39,696 nt of DNA from Paraphysomonas bandaiensis. Its lineage: Eukaryota > Protista > Chrysophyceae. The notes beneath the pieces are model-generated. The model was not told the DNA's origin and ran no database searches. It was given only the letters and a program-made list of their open reading frames with translations. Position numbers and translations under genes: made by a program. The stretch covers positions 1-39,696 of the forward strand of contig CBFFRP010000611.1 in assembly GCA_965644295.1 (NCBI GenBank). The letters are read 5' to 3'. This document shows positions 9,366 through 21,393 of the stretch, piece after piece (the first letter of the stretch is position 1; the number at the start of each line of letters is the position of its first letter).

Positions 9366-10844
9366 TGTATGTATGTACAGTATGTATGTATGTATGTATG
9401 TATGTATGTATGTATGTATGTATGTATGTATGTATGTATGTATGTATGTATGTATGTATGTATGTATGTATGTATGTATGTATGTATGTATGTATGTATG
9501 TAGGTATGTATGTATGTATGTAGGTATGTATGTATGTATGTATGTATGTATGTATGTATGTATGTATGTATGTATGTATGTATGTATGTATGTATGTATG
9601 TATGTATGTATGTATGTATGTATGTATGTATGTATGTATGTATGTATGTATGTATGTATGTATGTATGTATGTATGTATGTATGTATGTATGTATGTATG
9701 TATGTATGTATGTATGTATGTATGTATGTATGTATGTATGTATGTATGTATGTATGTATGTATGTATGTATGTATGTATGCAAGTATGTATGTATGTATG
9801 CAAGTATGTATGTATGTATGTATGTATGTATGTATGTATGTATGTATGTATGTATGTATGTATGTATGTATGTATGTATGTATGTATGTATGTATGTATG
9901 TATGTATGTATGTATGTATGTATGTATGTATGTATGTATGTATGTATGTATGTATGTATGTATGTATGTATGTATGTATGTATGTATGTATGTATGTATG
10001 TATGTATGTATGTATGTATGTATGTATGTATGTATGTATGTATGTATGTATGTATGTATGTATGTATGTATGTATGTATGTATGTATGTATGTATGTATG
10101 TATGTATGTATGTATGTATGTATGTATGTATGTATGTATGTATGTATGTATGTATGTATGTATGTATGTATGTATGTATGTATGTATGTATGTATGTATG
10201 TATGTATGTATGTATGTATGTATGTATGTATGTATGTATGTATGTATGTATGTATGTATGTATGTATGTATGTATGTATGTATGTATGTATGTATGTATG
10301 TATGTATGTATGTATGTATGTATGTATGTATGTATGTATGTATGTATGTATGTATGTATGTATGTATGTATGTATGTATGTATGTATGTATGTATGTATG
10401 TATGTATGTATGTATGTATGTATGTATGTATGTATGTATGTATGTATGTATGTATGTATGTATGTATGTATGTATGTATGTATGTATGTATGTATGTATG
10501 TATGTATGTATGTATGTATGTATGTATGTATGTATGTATGTATGTATGTATGTATGTATGTATGTATGTATGTATGTATGTATGTATGTATGTATGTATG
10601 TATGTATGTATGTATGTATGTATGTATGTATGTATGTATGTATGTATGTATGTATGTATGTATGTATGTATGTATGTATGTATGTATGTATGTATGTATG
10701 TATGTATGTATGTATGTATGTATGTATGTATGTATGTATGTATGTATGTATGTATGTATGTATGTATGTATGTATGTATGTATGTATGTATGTATGTATG
10801 TATGTATGTATGTATGTATGTATGTATGTATGTATGTATGTATG

Positions 10845-10875
<31 letters not shown>

Positions 10876-12473
10876 TGTATGTATGTATGTATGTAGGTAT
10901 GTAGGTATGTAGGTATGTATGTAGGTATGTAGGTATGTATGTATGTATGTATGTATGTATGTATGTATGTATGTATGTATGTATGTATGTATGTATGTAT
11001 GTATGTATGTATGTATGTATGTATGTATGTATGTATGTATGTATGTATGTATGTATGTATGTATGTATGTATGTATGTATGTATGTATGTATGTATGTAT
11101 GTATGTATGTATGTATGTATGTATGTATGTATGTATGTATGTATGTATGTATGTATGTATGTATGTATGTATGTATGTATGTATGCAAGTATGTATGTAT
11201 GCAAGTATGTATGTATGTATGTATGTATGTATGTATGTATGTATGTATGTATGTATGTATGTATGTATGTATGTATGTATGTATGTATGTATGTATGTAT
11301 GTATGTATGTATGTATGTATGTATGTATGTATGTATGTATGTATGTATGTATGTATGTATGTATGTATGTATGTATGTATGTATGTATGTATGTATGTAT
11401 GTATGTATGTATGTATGTATGTATGTATGTATGTATGTATGTATGTATGTATGTATGTATGTATGTATGTATGTATGTATGTATGTATGTATGTATGTAT
11501 GTATGTATGTATGTATGTATGTATGTATGTATGTATGTATGTATGTATGTATGTATGTATGTATGTATGTATGTATGTATGTATGTATGTATGTATGTAT
11601 GTATGTATGTATGTATGTATGTATGTATGTATGTATGTATGTATGTATGTATGTATGTATGTATGTATGTATGTATGTATGTATGTATGTATGTATGTAT
11701 GTATGTATGTATGTATGTATGTATGTATGTATGTATGTATGTATGTATGTATGTATGTATGTATGTATGTATGTATGTATGTATGTATGTATGTATGTAT
11801 GTATGTATGTATGTATGTATGTATGTATGTATGTATGTATGTATGTATGTATGTATGTATGTATGTATGTATGTATGTATGTATGTATGTATGTATGTAT
11901 GTATGTATGTATGTATGTATGTATGCAAGTATGTATGTATGTATGCAAGTATGTATGTATGTATGTATGTATGTATGTATGTATGTATGTATGTATGTAT
12001 GTATGTATGTATGTATGTATGTATGTATGTATGTATGTATGTATGTATGTATGTATGTATGTATGTATGTATGTATGTATGTATGTATGTATGTATGTAT
12101 GTATGTATGTATGTATGTATGTATGTATGTATGTATGTATGTATGTATGTATGTATGTATGTATGTATGTATGTATGTATGTATGTATGTATGTATGTAT
12201 GTATGTATGTATGTATGTATGTATGTATGTATGTATGTATGTATGTATGTATGTATGTATGTATGTATGTATGTATGTATGTATGTATGTATGTATGTAT
12301 GTATGTATGTATGTATGTATGTATGTATGTATGTATGTATGTATGTATGTATGTATGTATGTATGTATGTATGTATGTATGTATGTATGTATGTATGTAT
12401 GTATGTATGTATGTATGTATGTATGTATGTATGTATGTATGTATGTATGTATGTATGTATGTATGTATGTATG

Positions 12474-12504
<31 letters not shown>

Positions 12505-12795
12505 GTATGTATGTATGTATGCAAGTATGTATGTATGTATGTATGTATGTATGTATGTATGTATGTATGTATGTATGTATGTATGTATGTATGTATGTAT
12601 GTATGTATGTATGTATGTATGTATGTATGTATGTATGTATGTATGTATGTATGTATGTATGTATGTATGTATGTATGTATGTATGTATGTATGTATGTAT
12701 GTATGTATGTATGTATGTATGTATGTATGTATGTATGTATGTATGTATGTATGTATGTATGTATGTATGTATGTATGTATGTATGTATGTATGTA
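9366..12795 (+). repeat. (TATG)n microsatellite array, ~3.4 kb
   Basis: Near-perfect tetranucleotide repeat with rare TAGG/CAAG/TAAG variants and a 1-nt deletion at ~10874. Confidence 0.99.
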
Positions 12796-12993
12796 TTGTG
12801 AGGGAGAGCGGGTGTGAAAAAAACTTTTTTTTCTCTCTTCTTCAATCTTCTTTGATCGCGATTACAAAACTTGCTCACCTACATTAAACAGTACCATAAA
12901 CCCACAATTACCATGATAAGCACTGCAAATCAAGGTGATTTCTTCTACAATGTGTTGAAGCAACCTTCTCTCACATGTTTGTCATTCGCAGCA
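12796..12993 (+). repeat. Left terminal inverted repeat (198 bp)
   Basis: No mismatch seen by eye against the reverse complement of 16073-16270. Confidence 0.96.
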
Positions 12994-14677
12994 TGTCATC
13001 AGACAGCCAAAACTCTGAAATAGAAGAAGGTCTGTGGGTGCGAGTAAAAATTGTCGCTTTGACTAAATTTCGAGAGGAAGCACAGGCATTCTCTGTAAAT
13101 CGGTCCGAGTTAACTTCTTCGACAGACCAATTAACGATTTGGGTGAGAATTACTGCAATTACTGCTAAAGATGTTTTAATATAACATTTTTTTTAGATTC
13201 CAGGAGGTAATCTTTTTGAAGACGATAGTAATATCTGGCGTGTCAAAGGTCATGCATTCTTGCATGCACTCGTTGAGGGCGTAGCGAGGCAAGCGTATAA
13301 TCAAAAGTTATTGCCACCACTATCAGACTTCAACGACCAACTCAGGATAGACTTCAGCAGAGGTATTACTGTTCGAACTGCAACAAGTTCTGGTATCATT
13401 GGTAATTTCCACATAATCCCTCCCGATGGAGAATTGGACATACCGTTACTTCCCACTAGACGCCAGACAGATCACGATAGGAAGTGTTGTCGGGAAAACG
13501 CTTCCCACTATGTGGTGATTGCTGGTGTCCCGTTCCAAAATTGCCCAGACGATGTGATACTACAGAGACAGCTCAGCTTTGTTGATTCTTCCCTTGCGCT
13601 TGTTAAACATAAACAGAATGATCTTCCCCTCTGTAAATACATGCACTCAAAATATTTCAAAGTTGGCCTGAATCATCGTCCAGGAAATGATATGAACACG
13701 TACTGGTCACCGGCAATGAAAGAAGCCATGACCGAGTGCAGTGAAGAGGGTCAAAGACTCTTCGAGCTTAATCCTCCAAAAAGTATGCAAAGTGGTATCC
13801 GCAAGCAGAGAGGATTTGGTCACGGTGGTCAATCAGGTCTTAAGCTTTCAACCGCCAGTGAACATGATGCGGCGGACACATCGAGTCATTTGGAAGCACA
13901 AAGGAATCGCTTGCATATCGAGCGATGTCGTGCCAAAGCTTGGAGCAAGAAAGATTTGATTTCTGATAGCAAATTGAAAGATCTACTCGAGCTTCCCGAG
14001 GGCAAGAAAGTAAAGAGCTACTCGCAGTTAAGAACATACTTATGTGAATACTTTAGTACCCTAGAAGGTGAAGAACGTGCAGCTGAAGACCCGTTGGAGT
14101 ATGACCCGACACTCGATACATGGGTTCTCAAGTTGGATTGGATGGGTCAAGGCTTCCCAAAATATAGTGACCTCAAGGGGGGTAATAAGCCAATACCTGC
14201 AGCCCGTGAAAATATCATATTCTCGTCGGTTCGAATAGGACCACACCCGCCACCACCACCGCCCCCTGCTCTACCAGCTCCTCCAGGTGTTCCAGCACAA
14301 GGTTGGCCTATCCCAATTGGTGTTCCCCCTGCTGGAAGTAGTGGCCCTTCTTTTGGTGTCCCTTTTCCCCTTCCACCAGACTGTGGACCATCGCCCTACG
14401 GGGTATACCCCCTCCTATTTATCCAACTGGGGGTTTTCCTTTTCAGCAGCAGCTTCCTCCGTATTACCCACAGGGATCTGCTCCTCGGCATTATCCGCAT
14501 CACATGCTGTATGGCTACCCGCCAGAATATTACCACGGCCACAGGGATTTTGATTATGCATCGCGTTATCGCCAACAGCGATTTGCCTGGGGAGAAGGAA
14601 TGCGAAAGGATGAGAGGGGTGAGTGGATAGCATATGAGGCCGAGTATGAAATTCCTTATCCTGCCGACCCTTACTAA
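12993..14677 (+). CDS. Transposon accessory gene of unknown function (2 exons; Pro/Tyr/Gln-rich C-terminus; apparent 1-nt frameshift at C5 run 14408-14412)
   Basis: ATG at 12993 (or in-frame ATG 12975 inside the TIR); phase-0 intron 13143-13196 (GTGAGA...TTTTAG) joins in frame to ORF 13260..; adding one C at 14408-14412 continues PPIYPTGGFPFQQQLPPYYPQ...PADPY* to TAA 14677. Confidence 0.75.
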
Positions 14678-15031
14678 ATAGAACAGATTGCAGTCAATCG
14701 TTATCTGCCGGGTCTCATTTATTATTTATTTCGAATCTTGGTAATTTTTGGATGAATTTAACACATACGCTCCGATGCATCGAAATTTAGGTTTAGACTC
14801 ACTAACCGATTTTCTTTTTTCTTCTTAGTATGCAACTGTATGAACTGATATTTTAAATTCTCCACAAACTTTTCAAAATTTTGTTTTTTTGATTTATTAA
14901 TATTACTTGAATCTATTGCGTATAATTAATCATATTCTATCACGAAGTAGTAGCAAGCATATCACATTCAATCATCAGTACATCTATATTAGTAACTAGT
15001 GAGTAGAGTATAGAGTATAATCTGCAAATGA

Positions 15032-16062
15032 TCAATAGTTACAGGCTTCGCACTGTTCTTTCCAAGTAACGGTAATATCCACTCGATTGAATAAATTGCA
15101 CGCAGTTTCGGCAGTACAGCATGACCACAAAGCTTCATGTAGTTGAGCTGCAAGTGGTTTATATGCGTACATAATTCCCCACTTCTTTCTAATGTGCGCT
15201 TTGGCAAGATGAAATACGGGTTCAATTGGTGAAAAATCATAAGAATAAGGGGGAGAAACACAACCATCACGCCGAATTCTGCACACATATTATAAATATC
15301 TATCTTCACGTGCGTCGAAGCATTATCCATGAGCAGCACACTGCGATCCCCAGGAAAAGGGTTCATGTGGGGAAAGATGTCATGTTCTAGGGCATCTAGA
15401 AATGTATTATGATCAACATTTTCTTCGTGTACAGTAACAGCAAAAACTCCTTCGATAGACATTGCAGCAATGGCACAACAACTAACTTGGGGATTGAAGT
15501 GGCCTATAACATCACCACTCACGAAGGCAGGGTAGCCATGTGGTGAACGCCCATATCGGCGTAGAACTTCTGCCGGCTGGAGATGTGATTCGTCCACAAC
15601 AGCATAGCAGCGAGCTGGAATTTCATCCAATGATCGGGCCAAATTATTCTTATAGTAACGCCTCAAGCCCTCATTTCTGTTGTGGGAAATTCTTTGACAA
15701 ACTTTTACGGTATAGCCCTCAGTGTTCATGGCATGCTTCATTTGGTGCTCCAAGTACGCCACGCCGTACACATTAAAAACCTTTTCGCATAATTCTTCGT
15801 TGGAATAAGTTGAATTTTCTGCCAGCAACTCTTTAACAAAATTGATATGCTCGAGTGAAATGACAGTGTGGTGCGAATGGTGTGAAGACTCTGGTTTAAC
15901 TGATCCAGTGTCCAGATATTTGTCCAACCACCTTCTAACTGTGCTTTGGGACACATCGTATTTCTCGTATATATGATCTAGTGATGCGGCCACAGAATTT
16001 GTGATTTCCAGAGAGTGATCAAACACATCCAAAATTAAAAGACGGAAAGCCTCGGAATACAT
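15032..16062 (-). CDS. IS630/Tc1-like DD34E transposase (apparent 1-nt frameshift at 15249-15253)
   Basis: N-terminal HTH-like YDVSQSTVRRW; catalytic VVDES, LMDNASTH and, after restoring one base, FLPPYSYDFSPIE; 34 residues lie between the second D and the E. Confidence 0.93.
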
Positions 16063-16072
16063 GTAAATATGG

Positions 16073-16269
16073 TGCTGCGAATGACAAACATGTGAGAGAA
16101 GGTTGCTTCAACACATTGTAGAAGAAATCACCTTGATTTGCAGTGCTTATCATGGTAATTGTGGGTTTATGGTACTGTTTAATGTAGGTGAGCAAGTTTT
16201 GTAATCGCGATCAAAGAAGATTGAAGAAGAGAGAAAAAAAAGTTTTTTTCACACCCGCTCTCCCTCACA

Positions 16270-16270
<1 letters not shown>
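16073..16270 (-). repeat. Right terminal inverted repeat (198 bp)
   Basis: Reverse complement of 12796-12993. Confidence 0.96.
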
Positions 16271-16300
<30 letters not shown>

Positions 16301-16406
16301 TGTATGTATGTATGTATGTATGTATGTATGTATGTATGTATGTATGTATGTATGTATGTATGTATGTATGTATGTATGTATGTATGTATGTATGTATGTA
16401 TGTATG
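16271..16406 (+). repeat. (TATG)34, right-hand remainder of the array split by the transposon
   Basis: Perfect TATG units in phase with the left array once the element and one TA are removed. Confidence 0.98.
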
Positions 16407-16594
16407 CACTGGTGCTCATATGATGGTGTACATAAATCATGTGCTGTGTGCTGTGGATGATATCATAGAGGACACATACTCACACGTGCTCATATTAATC
16501 TGTGTATTTACAGCAATAACTCTCTGCGTTTCAGCACTCTCTTGGCACCCTTAAAAGACAGTGTTCCGTATCACTCTCCTAGGACTTAATATAA

Positions 16595-17502
<908 letters not shown>

Positions 17503-17798
17503 CAACGTCACATAGTAGTATCAACTCTGGCGATTAATTCTGTAACACGGTAGATATGACAGTCACACATTGTCGTACTGTGTACCCTTGATACTAATTA
17601 CGTGAATGCGTGGCGAGTAGCTAGGTTGTAGCATCATAATATCGACGTGCGAAAGTTTGCTTGAAACACGCTAATAATATGAATTTGTGCGGTAGGATTA
17701 ATGAATATTATATGAACCAGTGCCTTCGTCTACTAACACACCCTTAATACAGATTGCCTTGATAGGTCGTGAATATTTTGTAGATATCATTACTATAG

Positions 17799-18190
17799 AA
17801 GTGAATGTCTGATCATGTTGCTTATAGGCGTTTAAGATCAGAACTAGTGCTTTACTCTGATATCCTACTAATTAACGGTACAAAAGCTGCTTGTGCGTCA
17901 CCACAAGCACCAAGGTGGCTGCAACAACGCAGTGAGCACGCAGATGTTGATACACCTGACTTCTGCTGACAGGATTTGAGTCTTTAAGTAAGTGTGAGAG
18001 TAGCCCACGGACGTGTAGCGTGTAGCCCTCTTAAGTGTCAAGAGGCGTCATTAATCAGGGGGACGACCGTTGAGTTGGGGGTCCGCGACGTTTAAGGGAG
18101 GGTCAAAGTTATGTAGATGGGAGGATACTGCTCCGAGGGAATGTGAGAAGGTGCGAGGTGGAGGCGTGGAATATCTGGAGGCGCCGCTGA
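17799..18190 (-). mobile_element. LINE 3' end, copy D (minus strand, shortened 3' UTR; 5' boundary approximate)
   Basis: Reverse complement reads CACCTTGGTGCTTGTGGTGACGCACAAGCAGCTTTTGTACCGTTAATTAGTAGGATA...AAACGCCTAT...ATCAGACATTCACT; the minus-strand ORF ends ...NGRPPD*. Confidence 0.75.
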
Positions 18191-18199
18191 CTGCAGTGT

Positions 18200-19315
18200 A
18201 TAAGTTGGACATTAATAGAGCTGGCGGAGGGCGTAAAAGTGTAATAAGAGTAGGGGAATCTTTCAGCATAGGAAGAAACCGGGCGAAAACCAAACACCTG
18301 GCTATGTTCTGACTGCGGATTTAGACTAGACTCACTCAATCACATGTGTCTAGACTGTACAAATGACACCATAACGCAGATAAGGGAGTCTGCATTTCAC
18401 AGCCACAAAAACGCGCTTCTAGAAGAAATGAGAAATCCGGTACTACCCCAATGGACCACCACTGTACTACAGCGGCTCTCCAGCAGGGCCTCGAATCCCT
18501 TCGTTCCACTGGTGGAGAGATTCTGGACGGGTACCATCACAACTGCACAACTCGAGACGGTTTTTGGAGATCACATCCATGAGTCACTGACACCCTAAGG
18601 ACTGCGCAGCATCGAATCAGCGGTCAGCAGATTGCTTCTACCGCTTTTCGCTGCAGCAACGCTAATGATCCAAGATCGAAGTAGACGATACGTTACCCTA
18701 CAGAAAGGACCCCCTAGGCTACTACAGCGACCGCGTCCAAAACACAGACAGAAATGGAAACGCCCAAGGGTGCTAAGATTACTAGGAATCCACAGACGAA
18801 CCGAGACTGGAACACCGCCCACCGCACATATAAACCCCACCAACCATACACAAAGGACCATAGAACCGGACCGCATGAAACCATCAGCGGCGACGCCGTC
18901 TCCGGCAACTCCACCTATGCCTGACGCCCAGACGGTGCACGGCGACAACGCCACATTCCACCACACCATCAACCTCTCAGCACACACATCTAGTGCTCGG
19001 TACACTCAGGACTTTAATGCAGAACCCTGTACCTCAGAGCCTGGCGGAACCTTATCCCAAGGGGAGGCCCCCGGACAACACGCGCCAGTGAGTCCTCAGA
19101 CACACGAGCAGGGCGAAACTCACAAACAACATTAAGAACGGAAGTGGTTGCACCTTGGTGCTTGAGGCGACACACAAGCAGCTTCTGTAGCGCTAAATAG
19201 TAGAATGATTAGTTATGGGTAGAGGTCTAACTAGTATGTCTAGCATTCAACTAGCCGCTAGATCGGAACGAGTTTTTAACGCCTATTGCTAAATGCTAAA
19301 TAAAAAGACTTTCAA
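18200..19315 (+). mobile_element. LINE 3' end, copy E: degraded ORF2 C-terminus with CCHC zinc knuckle plus 3' UTR
   Basis: 18305-18358 translates CSDCGFRLDSLNHMCLDC (CX2CX8HX4C, typical of non-LTR ORF2 C-termini); in-frame stop at 18596-18598, ORF ends 19135; shared 3' UTR at 19135-19315. Confidence 0.82.
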
Positions 19316-19588
19316 TATAGTGGCATTCTCTAATAATCAGACACTCTCTATTCTCTAGTCCCCTTGTTCCTTGTTGGGGGTTATGGAAATTTATATGCTG
19401 TGATAAGTACTCTCTCATTGCCTTCATTTAATTCATTCATTTAAGTAGACTCATCTACTAACAGAATTTCTTCTCACAGTGTGTTCAGTGTTCACGTGCT
19501 GACGGACTCTACCAACCTACTGTCCAAAAGAGAGTTGCCGTATTAATACCTCATTTCATGTATATTTATAGATTAATGGTTTGTAGCA

Positions 19589-20999
19589 TTAATAATCCAG
19601 AAAATCGCAGTATTTGTTTCTAAAAGGGTGTTCAATAAGCACTTCCTCGATGGAGCCCGACTTTGAAACGTTCCGTGTTAACTCTATCCAATAACTTGCC
19701 GTCAAATGACGGTACTTGTACAAGTGCGCATTATCAACAAAGCAAGGGTATGCTTTCTCTAAAAAAGCAGGTGTCACTACAGAGAAATTCCTTACAACTA
19801 ACACAGGGAGGTTCGAGTAAATTCTATCCATTCCAGGTGGATTACTCTCAACTACTGGTATAGAACCCAACAATAGAGTTTCCCAAATTCGGAAGCTATC
19901 CATGCTAAATCCAGATGGACATAAAACGAATTTGGAAGACCGAATAGTGCTTTGCCACGTAGCCTGGGGTGTGCGAAGATTGTATTCGTTTCTTATCGTG
20001 TAATTGAATGCAGATATGACCGCACGGTTTATCTGGGACCTCCATCTCCATCCTGAATTGTTAATAACCAAAAGGCGCGTCTTCTCTTTCACTGGAGGAA
20101 GTTTTCGCATTGCGGCGTATATCTTAGAGTTTCTAATTCCTAATGGGATGGAGAGTATCTGCAGATCAAAGACAACAATTTGAGGATACGTACTAGTGCT
20201 CATTTACGTAGAAACACCTTTGGGTGAACTCCGAACCGTTCATCTACGTGCGCATTCACAAATAGGGCAATAATCTACAGACAAAGAATAAAAATATATC
20301 TTGAGTACATATTATCCTTTTTTTAACGAAGAAATATTCACTACACACCTTATCGGAATCTAAAAATGAGCGAACTGCAAAGTAGCTCGAATGGTGGAGT
20401 CGAAGATGATTAGTCATGTTAATCGTCTGTGCTGTTCTGTTGGGAACATCTATAAAAAATTAACACAACAATAACAGATTATATAAAACCATATAAAACC
20501 TACATGTTGACATAAACCCCCAATTCTGATCTACCAGTGCCACAATGACAACAGGCTTCTTTAACTCAGCCAACATTGAATGTATTCTGTGTTTCACTTG
20601 CTTTTCCTTTTCTTTTTTAGACGGGCCTCGCATTGAAAGCATCAGATCGCCTAGAGTTGCCTTGACACTAATCGTGACAGCTGCATCATCAGTGATGTTG
20701 GATACTCTCTCCACCAGAGTGGTCTACAGACAGCAATAAAGATATCTGGCTGTTCGTCGAGCAGAACATTCTCACCATTTCTTTCCATTTCTTGATAGAT
20801 TTTATCGTCCCTAATGTCTTAAATTTGTTTCTCATGACATCAGTGTTGTGAATGACGTCAGCGGGAGATGAGACGACGTGACTGACTTCTCTGTAGAACA
20901 CACTGGCATCCATGTACATGGCATCATCCCACGAGCAGCTCGACAAACATATGCACAGCAATATGCACAATGAACGGGATACCACTATAGGCACCATGC
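19589..20999 (-). CDS. Exostosin/GT47-like glycosyltransferase family protein, multi-exon
   Basis: Last exon SSKFVLCPSGFSMDSFRIWETLLLGSIPVV...LPVLVV; hydrophobic N-terminal signal/anchor (SLCILLCICLSSC); intermediate exons separated by short introns. Start approximate. Confidence 0.8.
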
Positions 21000-21393
21000 G
21001 AATCAACGCCTTGCGAATGGTATGGAAGGCAGCTTGAGGTAGCTTGAGAGCGCAGCTCAGCTCACGCGCTCAGTATCATTGACAGCATCGTGACCATATA
21101 CAGCTGTATACTGCCGTATACCGAGAGGTATATACTGCTGTACTGTACTGTACTCTGTACTTGGAGGTAGAAATCACACACCACTTTGTACGTGTCCGTA
21201 TATTGCTGTATACGTTATGTGTTGTGTGAGTAGCAGCAGCAGTAGCGAGTAGAAGTGTGGAGTAGCAGTAGCACACAGTGCGGGGTGGCAGCAGCAGTGG
21301 TAACTGATACTGTCAGTCAGGTCAGCAATACATATACATACATCACTCTTTAGCTCCGTACATTCTGCGCAATTGGCCATTTGATCTTGGAAA

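Larger units (their letters stand above)
12796..16270 (-). mobile_element. IS630/Tc1/mariner-superfamily DNA transposon, 3,475 bp, 198-bp TIRs, TA TSD, two convergent genes
   Basis: TIRs at 12796-12993 and 16073-16270 are reverse complements (TTGTGAGGGAGAGCGGGTGTG...ATTCGCAGCA); TA at 12794-12795 and 16271-16272; DD34E transposase inside. Confidence 0.96.

Noticed and set aside
9376-9382. TACAGTA as a Tc1-type excision footprint; CAAG variants as footprints of the resident element
   Set aside because: The resident element ends TTG/CAA and would leave TA-TTG/CAA-TA, which is not what is seen. TACAG is also a common motif in this genome.
9366-12795. Telomeric repeat or CRISPR array
   Set aside because: Internal 4-bp unit unlike known telomere repeats, flanked by ordinary DNA, with no spacers.
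9198-12887. Long HTYI/MYVC-repeat ORFs (also 16179-16554 and 27456-28667)
   Set aside because: (TATG)n has no stop codon in any frame, so these are microsatellite translations rather than genes.
13260-14630. Fanzor/TnpB nuclease as transposon cargo
   Set aside because: No RuvC D-E-D motifs or CxxC...CxxC zinc finger visible, and no obvious omegaRNA region next to a transposon end.
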